A DNA stretch of 64,000 nt from Gnetum montanum (GCA_015680685.1 MNCI01003349.1:126049-190048), one strand, 5' to 3'. Counted from the first letter of the stretch, positions 13,981-26,772 are shown. Program-made: numbers and translations. The notes: generated by a model not told the origin, from the letters alone.

Positions 13981-16968
13981 AGGTTAATCAAGATCAAGGG
14001 GATTCTTAACCTTGCCTTTATTCATAATTTTCCTATATGTATAAAATGTAAGTAAAATATCTTAGGATAATACAATTTGGAAAAAGGGATTTACTCTACC
14101 TTCACTTGGATAACTAGATATGAGTTCCACTTTTTGTGATCTTGGTTAGGATTAGTGATTGGTGGTTAGTAGACCTTTCATTTACCTCTTGGCATTACTT
14201 ATAGAGAAAGGTAAGTATTGATAAAATAAGACTTAATTTCCACATATTCTTCACTAATATTATTTTTATACAATAAATAGGAGAACATTAGGATATTCAA
14301 ACTTTAGTGAAAAGAGAAATTAAAGTATTAAAGCACTGGAGTTGGAAAAAAGATTGTGAATGTGGACTTGTTCAAGGAAGAAAAAAACCTAAGCGGGGTA
14401 GATTATCATTTCTTTATTTCTAGATGGTGTTATTTTGTAATAATGATGATGTTTGTTAATGTCAAGTATTGTAATTGTTATAATAAGACTAGAAAGGACA
14501 AGTTGTAATTAAGACCTAAAAGGACATATTGTAATAATGGGCATGTCTCTTGAGGTGATCTTTGGAGCTTTAACCGAAGGTATTTATACCTAGGTAATAG
14601 AGGTCATATCAGCATGGATTTTTAGGGAAAATAAAGATGAGTAACAAGTATTAGGTAAAGTGGGAGAAGAAGGATTCAACATCCCTTTTGGGTAGTTACA
14701 AGTCTAACTATGCTCCAAGGGATTGATGCTAAAGGAAGATAACCCCAAGGAGTTCTTAGAGCATTACCTTGATACACTATTCTACATTACTAAAGCTTTC
14801 TTCTCATTTTCCTTATGCATGTTTCTTATCATTTTCTTTATACATAATGTTGAATGTTATAAATATTTAACAATTGTCATGATATCCAAGAAAGGGATGT
14901 CATACTTTTGATACTAACAAGAACATTGCTTTTATTAAGTTAGATTATACTAAATCTTATGACAAGATTGAATGAAATTTCATTATTTTTGATCTCTTTA
15001 AATTGGGATTTGATGATTATTTTATCTATCTTATCTATACTCTACTCATTGAAGCTAATTCTCTAGTACTAATTTTGGATTGAGTTCCTCCTCTTCTCTT
15101 CAATAGTCAATTTTGTCCTCTAGCTTTCTATATTTTTATTATTGCTATAGAATTTCATTCACATAATTTGCATTATAATCTATAAAGGAACATCAGTAAT
15201 GTAACATCCCTATTTCTAAATGATGCTACTTCATAACAAAGATGGTGCATCTTCATAACAAGTGTTATTGTTATCATAACAAGATTTGAAAGGGTAGTTG
15301 TACTTGAGACTTGAAAGGATGCATTATAATAATGGACATGTCTCTTGAGGTAACCTTTGGGGGTTTGACCCAAGAATTTATACCTAGGCTTAGAAGTCAT
15401 GCTAAGCATGGAGTGGTTTATCTTGGAATGGCAAGTCATGGGAGCTAGGTGAAGCGAGACAGGAAGTGGACTAGCCATCCCTTTTGGCTAATTATAGGCC
15501 TAACCGTGATGGTAGTGCTTGACTGCCTCTAAGGGATAGATATTGAAGGAAGAAAATCCTAAGGAACACTCTCAAATCATTATCTAGATACACTATTTGA
15601 TATCAATAAAACATTCTTTTCTTTCTTTTTTGCACATTCTCTGTTAGTTCCTTTATGCATAATACCAAATGTTACATATATTTGACATTTGGTATATAGT
15701 CTTCTTATGCGTAATGTCTAATATAATGTATATTTGACATTTGGCATGATATCTTGAGACAAGATGTCATAATTAGTATTAGAGAAAACCATGAGCCAAG
15801 GACCATTCAGAACCATGGGCCAACTAGAACATGAACTTGATGATGAACCATGAAGCCATGACATAGGAAAAATCATTGATCATCACCGAATGCACAACAT
15901 GTCCAAGATGATTTATGTAAGCTAGAAGATACCATACCATTTATTTCATGAATAATGGATTAGGAATCTACAAAAAGTGTAAATCCCACTAACCAACAAA
16001 ATTCATTCATGGATATCATTGATTGATGAAGATTTGACTATGCCTCATCAAGATTCATCAATGGAAAGGTATGTTGGTAAGACAAGGATACATTGGTACA
16101 AGTAACTCTTATCCATATTAATACGATAAATATTAATTAATTAAGTTCATTGTTAAGTTACTCCCAAAATGTTAGTAACCATGACCTAAATTGATCTTGT
16201 TTTGTTGAAACTCAGTATCCTAAGCAACTTAGAGTCATTTATATGTCATCATGTCTTCGATATATCAACCTTGTAAGGTCGTTTTGGTAGAATAAGCTAG
16301 TTTTGGATTTTTTAAAATCTTGAAATTTCAATTTTTTTTGAACCCTAAGATTATGTCCAATGCATATTGTTCCTTGAGATGCTTCCAATGGTACAAATTT
16401 TATCTTGATCGGACTTACAATTTGGGAGATATTCATGTTTAAATTTTCTCATTTAGTGTGCATTAAATAATACTAAATTATTATTAATTAATTAAAAATA
16501 ATTTTAAAAAAAACTTCAGAAAAAAAAGAGAAGGGAGGTTAGGGGTTCCAACCCAAGCCTCCTCCTTATCCAATTTTTATTTTAAATATATAAAAAAATT
16601 AAATTTGATCCTAGTAGCTAGGGTTACGACTGGTCATTGCTATCGATAGCAATAAGGCCTGTTGCATCATTGTGCAGCATGGGTTGATAGGCTCGGCTAT
16701 GCAATGTTTTTGCAAGGAAATGACTAGTGGTAGTGGAGCTTTTGCTACCCTACATGGCCTTCTGCATAGCCATCACCTTACCATAGCTATCTTTCCCTCA
16801 CCCTGCCATGATTGCCTAGTGCTACTCCTTCCTATCAAGTGCCACATGCATTTGTTGCCATCCAACACATGCCTTTCCATAGTTTCCATCCAATGCTCTA
16901 TTGCCACACTATCCTCCTACTTGCATTGTCCATTATTGGCATCGTCACTTTTGTTTGATGTCGTCATT

Positions 16969-17497
16969 CATAATGGTTTATTTTGGTGCTTCATGGGCAT
17001 TGACGGTGTCATCCATAATGACTTGTTCTAGCACTTCATGGGTACTAATAGCACCATCCATAATGGTCCATTTTGATGCTTCATGTGCATCAATTGCCTT
17101 GTTCGTAATGGCCCATTCTAGTGCTCTGCAGGCATCAACCGCCTTGTTCATAATGGTCCATTCTGGTGCTCCGCGGGCATCGACAATGTCATCCATAATG
17201 ATCCCTTTTGGTGCTGTGTAGGCACCGATGGTGTAGTCTATAGGAACCCATCTTGATGCTCCATTGGCACCAATGGTGCCATCCATAGTGGCCCATTCTA
17301 GCACTCCATGAACATTGATGATACTATTCATAATGGCCCATTCTAATGCTTTGTGGGCATCGATGGCGTTGTCCATAGTGGTTGATTTCAGCACACCACA
17401 GGCATTGATCGCACTGCTAGTAATGGCCAATTCCAGTTCCCTGCATGTATTGATGATGCCATCGATAATGGCTTATTTCTATGCCTTTTGGCATTGA
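16969..17497. repeat. 45-bp tandem repeat, 12 copies, inside element B
   Basis: Unit CATAATGGCCCATTCTAGTGCTCYGCAGGCATCRACNGCCTTGTT, with starts at 16969, 17014, 17059 ... 17464 in exact 45-nt register. Confidence 0.92.
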
Positions 17498-18172
17498 AAA
17501 CCCTAGAAATTGCATGCAACACTACCTTTTGTATGGTCTATGTTGGCCCTTACAAGGGTTGCATGGATCCTTGTGTGGATCATGTAGGCCTCATTTGGGC
17601 CATGTCAGCTCGAAGCTAGGCATGTAGGCCCCATTGGGGGGTTGTGCATTGCCCATTTTGGGCCATGCGGGTCCCTTTGAGGGCTATGTGGGTCCATGAA
17701 GGAGTCAAACCAACCTTGGGTAGGTTGTGCCAAATTTCTTTGTCTTTCACTCGTGTGCAACCACATTGACCCTCATGTGGGTCAAGAAGAAAATGCCGTT
17801 GCTGTTGTTGCATTGCCTTCCTCCTATGAAATGCACCTCTATTGCCACCATTGCCTAAGTAAGAGTATACCATTTCCTGAGCAGTGTATGTTATCATCGT
17901 CAAGAGAATGTCATCAATGCTAAGCACAAGCTACCACCATCGTGACCATTGCTATCACCCCTTGCCTCTACCAAGTAATGGGAAAATTTTCTATTAATAG
18001 ATGGAAAATTTGAACTTTTCTATTAATCAATGTAAAATTTGAAAGTTTCATCAACTAACAAGAAATTCAAATTTTGGTCTGTTAGAACGTTAGTTTAAAG
18101 TTAGAAACGTGGAAAATAAATTTTCAAAAAAGGAATTTGACATGTTGGTAGCATTGGAGATGAGAATCTAGT

Positions 18173-18226
18173 AATTAAGTGTGCTTGTTTTGGAGTAGTA
18201 TTGGGATGGATGACCTCTTGGGAAGT
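18173..18226 (+). promoter_or_regulatory. 5S rRNA-derived internal control region inside element B, followed by a T-run
   Basis: Ungapped 43/54 match to 5S nt ~50-103, followed by TTCTTTTTTT (Pol III terminator-like). Same position relative to CCR4 as in element A. Confidence 0.85.
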
Positions 18227-18928
18227 TTCTTTTTTTGTGCCAATGGTTTTGAACTCTAGAAGCCATAACTTTTAATTTTGGAAGTCTTTTTTGACAAAAA
18301 AGACTCATTTTCTATAGATTTCAACCTTCTAAACATAATGGTGAAGTCAGATCTATGTCATGGAACCCCAAAAATTAGTTTTCTCCCCTTGTTGTCTATA
18401 GTGCCTTAAAACCCTTAAAAGCTTAATTTTAACATAACTTGAGCATACGATGTCCTTTTTCAACATATGAATGGTCATTTCCAACATTTTTCACCCTTTT
18501 GAACTTAATGGTAAAGTTAGATTTATCATTTGGGTATTCAATAATTTGATGATATCATAAATTGTGCCTTATGAATTTAATCTTTTAGACCTTAAGATTT
18601 AGTGCTTAATGTTTGTAGATAGCCTTAAGATCCGTATGGCTTATCATTAGTACATTATTGGAGTCAATGTCTGAAGGGGTTAGAAAAGCCATTAATATTT
18701 TGATGATGTCATTAAATATTACTAAAATTAGATAATTTAGTAAATTATTAAATCATTTGATGTATCAGTTGATTAACAGAATAGTCTTCAATGATCAAGA
18801 AAATGTATATTAATTCACTTTGCAACAAAATCATATAGCAAAATAATAGAGAGACTCAAAATATTGTTTCAACAAGGTGTATGATACCCATGAAGAGAAA
18901 TGATCTAGAGGAAAATACAAGAATGAGA

Positions 18929-20013
18929 ATGAAAGTTGCAACATACAACGTGCTTGCAAGATCCCTTGTGAGTGAGAAAAAACATCCGATATGTCCACCA
19001 TGGGCCTTGGATTTACAACAATATTGATACCCATGCATTTTAGCAGAATTACAAGATTTGGATGTTGATGTTTTATGCCTAAAAGAAGCCTTTCCATGGG
19101 AATTTCTATACCAATTCTAGCCAAATTTGGAAAATATGGGGTTCAGAGGTATTTGTAAGCAAAAAGGTTCTCTTGGAAGTTCTTCTTTCAAACCATTTAG
19201 ATAAGCCTATTGCAAAAATGGTAACATGGATGATTGTGTGATATTTTATAAAGAAGATAAGTTTGAATTGGTACAAGGATTTTAATGGAGTTTAAAAAAT
19301 ATGATTTGTGAAATTCTAGAACTTCAAACCATGGAAAAGAAAGAACAATCATGATTTTGGAAAAATCACATAGCCTTGGCAGTAAATCTAAAAACCCATC
19401 TATCAAGAAGATGTGTATGTATAGTCAACACACATTTAATTGCCAAACCAACAGGTTCAGATGTTAGATTATGCCAAGGAGCATAGTTGATTAAGAAAAT
19501 AGAGGAAATTTTGAAGAATAAGTTATTCTTGAGCTATACTGATCCAATTCCATTTATTCTTTGTGGAGACTTCAATGCAAAAGTTGAAAGTGGTGTTTAT
19601 CAATTCTTAAAATATGGATGTGGAAAGGAATCTTTGGATGATCAACTTGATTTGAAGAAGAGGTTTCCATCAATTCAACATGCAATTCCATTGGCTAATG
19701 CATATTCTACTTATTTTGAATCTTCAATAGATAAATTAGATTCTAGAATTTAGAAACAAATGATGTTAATTGTTAGTACTCAACAAGAACCATAGTTTAC
19801 CAATTACTCTATTTTGATTAATGAAGATGGATCAACAAAATTATTTATTGAAACTTTAGATCATATTTCGTGTGACGTTTGATTTTTCCAAGTTGCCAAA
19901 TTACTAAAGTTAATTTCTAAAGAAGAAGTGGAGAAAAATCAAGATCAAGCTTTGCCATTTTGAATAAGACCATGTGATCATATACCACTTATGGTAGAAT
20001 TACAATTACTTCC
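18929..20013 (+). pseudogene. CCR4-like: Intronless CCR4-like deadenylase (EEP superfamily), disrupted; copy B
   Basis: MKVATYNVLA..CPPWALD..DVDVLCLKE..DDCVIFYKEDKFELV..VNTHL..DVRLCQ..IPFILCGDFN..HAIPLANAYS..EP*FTNY..FIETLDHI..ALP..PCDHIPLMVEL. Collinear with the plant CCR4a/b nuclease domain. Confidence 0.92.
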
Positions 20014-23000
20014 ATCAATTCATAAGGTTGATCAAGATCAGGAAGTATCTCACCCTTACTTTTATTTGATAAATCTTATTATTTTCATCATTGATTAATT
20101 TATATTTTAATTAGACAAGTAAAATATCTAAGGTAATAAAAATTAGGAATAAAGAATTTACCTTGTCTTCACTTGGATAACTAGATCTGAGTTGCACTTT
20201 ATGTGACACTGGTTAGGACTAGTGATTAGTGGTTGGTAGATCTCTAATTTAGCTCTTGCCAGTATCTTAGAAAATAAGGTAAATATCAAGAAAGTAATAT
20301 TTAATTTTCCATATATTTTTCTTACATGTGTCTTATTTGCAGAGTGAGCAAGAAACAACTTCAAGTCCAAAAGGAGAAATCAAATTATTGGAGCATAGGA
20401 GCATAACAGAAGTACTAGAGTTGGAAAAAGATAGTCAATGTGGACTCATTCAGGGATGAATGAAATTTAAGTGGGGTAGATTGTAATGTCCCCATTCCCA
20501 AATGATGCTACTGCATAACAAAGATGATGCCTCTTCATAACAAGTGCTATTGTTATTGTAACAAGACCCAAAATGGTAGTTGTAGTTGAGAGTTGAAAGG
20601 GTGTTTTGTAATAACATATGTGTCTCTTGAGGTAACCTTTGAGGGTTTGACCTAAATAATTTATTCCTAGGCTTAGAGGTTGTGCTTAGCATGGAGTGTT
20701 AGAGCTTGGAATGAAAAGTCATGAGAGTCAGGTGAAGTGGGGTAGGAAGTGGACTAGCCATCCCTTTTGGTCAGTTATAGGCCTAACCATGATGGTAGTG
20801 CTTGATTACCTCTAAGGGATAGATACCAAAAGGAAAAAAACATTAAGGAACACTGTTAGAGTATGATCCAAATACACTATTTGATATTAATAAGGTATTC
20901 TTTTCTTTCTTTTTCTACACATTCTCTATTACTTCCTTTACACATAATGTTGAATGTTACATGTATTTGATGTTTGGTTCATAGTCTTCTTACACATAAT
21001 GTCTAATATAATGTATATTTGATGTTTGCCATGACATCTGGGGATGGGATGTCGCAATTAAGGAAATTTCTATTAATGTTTAAGGTATGTAATTATCTAA
21101 CATGCAATTTGTAGATAATTCCTTTATTATAGTCAATAATTCTCTACGATATTTCAATACTCTTCTAGCTAGAGTGAAGGATTACTACATGTTGTCTAGC
21201 TTTCATATCAATTGATAAAAAAATAATAATTATTAATTGTAATGGCAATATTGATGAGTGAGTTACTTTCAAGCCTTGGACAATTCTATAAAGAAATTCT
21301 ATCTTCAAGATTTTAGAAATGTATTTTTCTTTTGAGCCAATATTACTAGTTCTGTTTTTCAACATGCTTGGAAATGAACATCTAGAATTTATAATAACTT
21401 TTAACCAAGCATTAATAAAGTCATTCTTTGTGATTAGCCTACTTTGTCTACTTCATTTCTATGCATTTGAAATTATCTTAGACCATTGTTTCTTTGCTCT
21501 ATTTGGAAGCTTTAGTATGTAGTTATTTTCTAGTAGTAAGAGCATAACTATGATCTCTCTTTAGGTCTCAAATATCAGATTTTGAAAGATGTCACTTTTT
21601 ACCTACAACTTCAAGCAAAAATGCCCTAGTGAAAGATGAATAATTAATTTTTTATATAGTATTAATTTCTTTTTGTTTTGGAGGCTCAAGGATGGGAAGC
21701 TTTTAGATTTAATTGCTATTTGTTATTTATCTTTGATTGATGTATTAGAAAGAGTTTTCTCTTTTCCTTTACAAGAAATCCTTTGGTAATAAGTGAAAAC
21801 TCACGAGGGTACTTTTGAAAGAGGGCAAGGCATAATTATTTTTCTACCCTAAAGGGAAGGTTTTTAGGATTTTGTGTAAGAATGAAAACCTAAGAAGACA
21901 TCACCTAAAGCATTGGGCTTTTTCTTTAGATTCTTTCTTTGATGATCTAATGTACTTTGATGTTTTTTAATATCATTATTCTTTTTTTTTAGATCTAATA
22001 GCTTTCTCTAATTCTTAGTAGGAAGAATGATCCAAATCCTAACAACATTTACATCACTTTAACATATATGATTAAGCTTAAAATAGAAAAAAAAAATCAA
22101 GGTAGAAATACATTACTTTGATGAAATACCAATTGTTGTAGGAAAGGAAAATATGATAGAAAATGATGACATAAATGTTTCCATCATATTATCCATGATG
22201 ATTGATCTTACGTCAAGAATATTTAAAGTTAGCTATAGCCCACTTTTAAGTTTTAGTCTTTGAGTTAATAGTATTCGTGTTAGATAAGAAAAAATTTATC
22301 TTATGATGTATCTATCCAAATTGATTAATACTTTTTGTAGTATTAATAAACAAATTCATAGAAGCTTCTATCTTCTATAGCTTTTTTTATTAACATTTGA
22401 TGATTCTCATGATTAAAATTAACTTTTTTGATCACATCCTCACCTTCATATTGTTTTTTCTATTTTCAAGAGATTTTATTTTATTTTCCTTGTATTATGT
22501 GATCACCTAATTCATGATCTTGGTTCATCAAATTAAGTAATATATTTTGTGTATATTCCCTAATTGATGTTTTGTACTGAATTCCTTCATGTTTTACGAT
22601 GTATGTAGGTATGTATGATGCTAGTTATGAGGATGTTCATGATAAAGATATGGACTAATTATTTTTAGGCTAGATTTATCATTAGATTTCTATTAGGTAA
22701 TTTGTCTTAAATTTAAGAAGTTATTGCAAGGTGTTAGATATTATTTATTATACTTGATGTTAAACTTAATAGTTAGTATTTGATGTATGTTGTTTAGTGC
22801 TCTTTGATTGATGCAGGTTGTTATTAACTTTCCAACATATTTATTTATAAATTAGCAAATACTAAGATGTTTTGTATGCTTCCATTATGTTTGGAAGTGA
22901 AAATGATTATAAATTAGGATTTTGAAATAGATAGCTTAGTAATTATTGTGAACTATTATATTGACAAAATATTATTCTTTGGAAAAGTTTATATGACATT

Positions 23001-24980
23001 TTTAACATGAGTAGTTGGCTTTCAAAGTTATCATTTTATGGTATTATATAGGTTAGGTTTTGTTGTAATGGACTTGTATCTTCTATTTAATGTTCTTATC
23101 TTTCTATCCCTTTGTAGTTTCTTCTAAGAAAGTATACTACTTTACTTATCTATTTCTTTTGGCATTTTCTAAATATTTTTATTAAGTTGCATTTTTAATT
23201 CTTGTTATTTTTGCATGTTACTGAAAGTAAGACATCATTTGCCTAAGCTTGATAAGTGGGGTTTTATACATTTGCACCTAGAAACATTAAAGATAATACA
23301 CCATAACTTAAAGAAAATTAGAAATAAATGTTGAAAAAGAAACTCCAATCAAATTTTGGACCTCATAGTTAAGCATACTAGATGAGCACACTAGAATATT
23401 CTTTCCACAAGCCAAAAACATTCAACATTCTTGAAACAAAAGGTGGTAACAAACATAATGCCTTATTCTAAATTTTTGATGCTTGCATAACATAGACTCT
23501 TTCTTTGATGATGTGATGTACTTTGAATTTTTTTAAATATTATTATTCATTTTTTGGAATTTGATACTCCATAATTTTTAGTTCAATATTGTAGTAGGAT
23601 TTTTAATTTTCTTAAGCTTATGAAAATATATTTCACATGGAAACTATTAGCCTTCTATTTCTTTGATTTATAATTTTATAAAGAATCATGATGAATGATT
23701 ATTTAAAGCCATATTTTATATTATGTAATTCATTATTTTCACTAGTATTTTACCTATGTTATGATGTCATTGAAAGTGATAGTGATAATCTCCATGAATG
23801 TATGATTGATGCTTTAGTTAGTCATTGAAGTAAATTGGTTAATGTCTCTAGGCAAAGAATTAATGATTCATATCTTTGCTATATATGTTTTAAGGCTTAT
23901 GTCATTGCATTTATTCTCAAATTGGGTGCCGCACTTAAAAGAAAAAATAAAAGTAGTAAGAGTCATTGAACTTAGTTGGTATGTTGATCAAATTTTAGAT
24001 TTGATTTTCAATTCTTATTTAACTAGACAACTACTTGATCTAATGCCTCATTAATTTCTGTTGATAAACTTAAGACTTGGATCTTCTTAACTAGGGATCT
24101 AGGATATGAGATGTCTAAGGATGAATGTTGGTAAAAATGTTGTTAGTACTCTAGGATTAGTTCTCTTTAATAGGATATTTTGGATAAGATAAACTTAACA
24201 TAAGGACTAAATTACATTAGAAAGAAAGTTTTCATGTTTATAGACCATGGTCTTTTGTAGTGTAGCTAATTGGCTGGTACTCATGGAATGATATGTGTGC
24301 ATACATAACATATCAAATGAAGGCTTAGCATGAGTTTGTGAACTTTACTAGATGTAAATTTTTTATTATTTGTGAATGATGTTCTTTGGTTGTGTATCTA
24401 AACACCATAAAACTCATAGATCTATTTAATTTTATTCTTAAAAAGGATTATTACTTGATGAGTGACAAGAGTTCCTAGTGCCCTACCATACAAGTCACAA
24501 GCATACATTCATGATTAGATTGTAAATTATCGATGGAACAATATGGACTATAACTAGTTAATATAAGAATTTTTGATCACTATATTCTTATTGGAGTTGG
24601 TGGCAATCAAAAGATATGGTTTAACTTGTAGTAAGGTATAAGATGTATTGATGTTATTTGGCTCTAATAACAATAGAGCATTGTAAGATGAATGGTGATT
24701 TTAACTAACTAAAAAATAATGAAAAGTAAATCAAATCTAGTCTAATGATGATACACAATCATTTTTATTCTTCTAGTCATATCATAGGCTTATAAAACTA
24801 TTACAAGGATTATTAAGTAAAACATAACTAGATGAACCAAATGATATTACTATTGCATTACCAAATAACTGTATTTAATGCTTAAGATTAGTTGTACTTA
24901 TTCAACAAAATACTAATATACATTCAAAATTTAAATGATAATTAAATTGAAAATGAAAAGTAAAATCTAAAATACAGATG

Positions 24981-25907
24981 TGATGAGTGGTGAGGTACCC
25001 CTACACTCAACCATACGAAACGAGCATCGCACGCGCGATCCAGTCAAACTTCGCAGATGGACTAGTTGTGACACCTAGATAGTTAGCCCTAGGTCACAGT
25101 TCGCTGTCTTCCCACTTGAACTAGTATTGCATTTGTCACATATGGTTTAGTCCGGATGAGGTGTATGATGTGTTTCCTAATCTATGCTACTCTTGAAGGT
25201 AGTGGAAAATAATATTAACTAATCTAAGCTAGGAGGAAAAGGGTAAGAAATTTTAATCTAGCCTAAGTGCAACAAGCAACCGATTCCTTGATCAACCGTA
25301 CACATCTTGGACCTCGTGCACGACTACCACTGGGACTACCAAGCATAGATCCTAGGTACGCCATTGGGATTACCAAGCATAGATCCCAAATACGCCACTG
25401 GGTTACCAAGCGTAGATCCTAGCTACACCACTGGGCTACCAAGCAGTCACACTTAAATGCTTGTAATCAAGTCGTACTTGTTTCGCATTCTAGGAGTTTA
25501 AGGGTGAGAGAGAGAAAATAGTAAATAACATTAAAGAAATAACAAATAAATAAATAACAAAGTGAATGCTGCAATGATGAAGTAATCTCGATCTTTATTG
25601 CCGGTCATATGCGTGTCCAAAAAATCTAAACTCGAATAAAGGCACCATACAATTACATTCACCACACTGCAGGCAGACACGGGAAAAAATCTAACTCTGG
25701 AGGGATCAAACTACCAGAGCTTCGCTACTCTAAAAATGGGATCCCCAAACAAGGGAGTGCCACGTCTTATTTATAGATATGGTGGCAGACTGCGATATCG
25801 GGTACGTGATATTGTAGGGAAGACGCGATATTGCGGGGGATGCGATATCGCGGCGGACGTGATATCGTGTACACGATATCACGGCCTATGCGAATCACGT
25901 CTCATCA
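24981..25907 (-). mobile_element. Solo LTR (927 bp) of the Athila-like family
   Basis: TGATG...CATCA termini, TSD AGATG/ATATG, homologous to 8547-9347. Contains ~3.5 copies of a 33-34-bp repeat (CCACTGGG.TACCAAGCATAGATCC) at ~25328-25445. Confidence 0.9.
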
Positions 25908-26772
25908 ATATGAAAAGTAAATTTATGTTATGTAAGATGTTATAATGATCATAAACAATCTTGATATTTATTACCGTCCATGAAGCATATCTAGATATAC
26001 TTCACTTGAATAAAGATATCATACAACTACCAAAGATCATACTGTAATTGCTTAAAACTAACTATAACTTTAAAAAAATAAAATGCAAGAGTTTATAAAC
26101 ATGACCAAGCCCAACTATATTGTATATATGACAAATTTTAGGTGGCTTATCATACTCCCTTAGCTGACAAAGAACTCATTGTTAAGTTAAAAAAAAGTGG
26201 GACAAAGTTGCTTATAAAATTATAGGATAGGACAAATAACAGAAACATCTAACATCTAAATATTTAATATTCATCAACTAACCAACTTTGAGTGTTTCAT
26301 GTTTGTTTAATTGAGTCAAAAAATATCATATCAAAACATAACTAGGATGTTTGACATTAATAAAAAAATGAAAAGAATTAATACAACATAATAACATTTT
26401 GAAAGATGCCAATGCAAGTTTTCATATGCTTAGAGATTGTGGTTCTTATTACATTGCTAGTTTCTAAGACTATTTTCCAAGTTTTAGTAGCTTCTTCATA
26501 TTGAAATATTTTAATAAAGCTCTTAGGTTCCTCTCATTTAGTCTTGACAAATTTTTTTCTTATGGTGCAAAATTCTTCTATTGATATATTTTTGTTTCCT
26601 TTAGCTAACCGGTTCATTTCTAGGTTAATCTTAATAAACTACTTTCTTAACTGTTTCATGGTCTTCTCTAGCTGATTCTTCTCTTTTTCTACATTTATCA
26701 ATCTTCTATCATTAGCAACAAGCTTCATGTTCTCCTTGTCTAGAGTAGTAATGACTTTAGGATGTGCATATG

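Larger units (their letters stand above)
9653..14904 (+). mobile_element. Element A: non-autonomous LTR retrotransposon (Tekay/Cassandra-like termini) carrying a CCR4-like gene and a 5S-like segment
   Basis: 5' LTR 9653-10172 and 3' LTR ~14404-14904 (...GGGATGTCATA). Decayed Met-PBS TTTAGTATCAAAG at 10173, PPT AAGCGGGGTAGA at 14391-14402, TSD CTTCT/CTTTT. Confidence 0.88.
15200..21056 (+). mobile_element. Element B: second, independently inserted member of the CCR4/5S-carrying non-autonomous LTR family
   Basis: 5' LTR 15200-15771 (TGTAACATCCC...GATGTCATA) and 3' LTR 20482-21056 (TGTAATGTCCC...GGGATGTCGCA). Decayed Met-PBS TTAGTATTAGAG, Tekay-like end CATTCAGGGATGAATG..TAAGTGGGGTAGAT, TSD AGTAA/ATTAA. 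Confidence 0.92.
9348..21850 (+). pseudogene. Old L1/Tx1-type LINE reverse transcriptase in three pieces (9348-9652, 14910-15199, 21062-~21850), split by elements A and B
   Basis: NWRPITLFNNTYKILAK..GRNILNNII..W-A-S | DTNKNIAFIKLDYTKSYDKIE..QFCPLAFYIFII..NI | KEISI..SNMQFVDNS. The reading frame is restored across both insertions once one TSD copy is removed. Confidence 0.85.

Noticed and set aside
18173-18226. Functional 5S rRNA gene
   Set aside because: Only ~54 of ~120 nt match; the 5' part and terminal stem are absent, and there is no 5S array.
12891-20013. Tandemly duplicated host CCR4 genes
   Set aside because: Both copies are intronless, disrupted and enclosed by LTRs with distinct TSDs inside a split LINE.
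21850-24980. Possible host exons in the AT-rich stretch
   Set aside because: No credible ORF, domain motif or consistent exon structure; probably unrecognisably decayed repeats.
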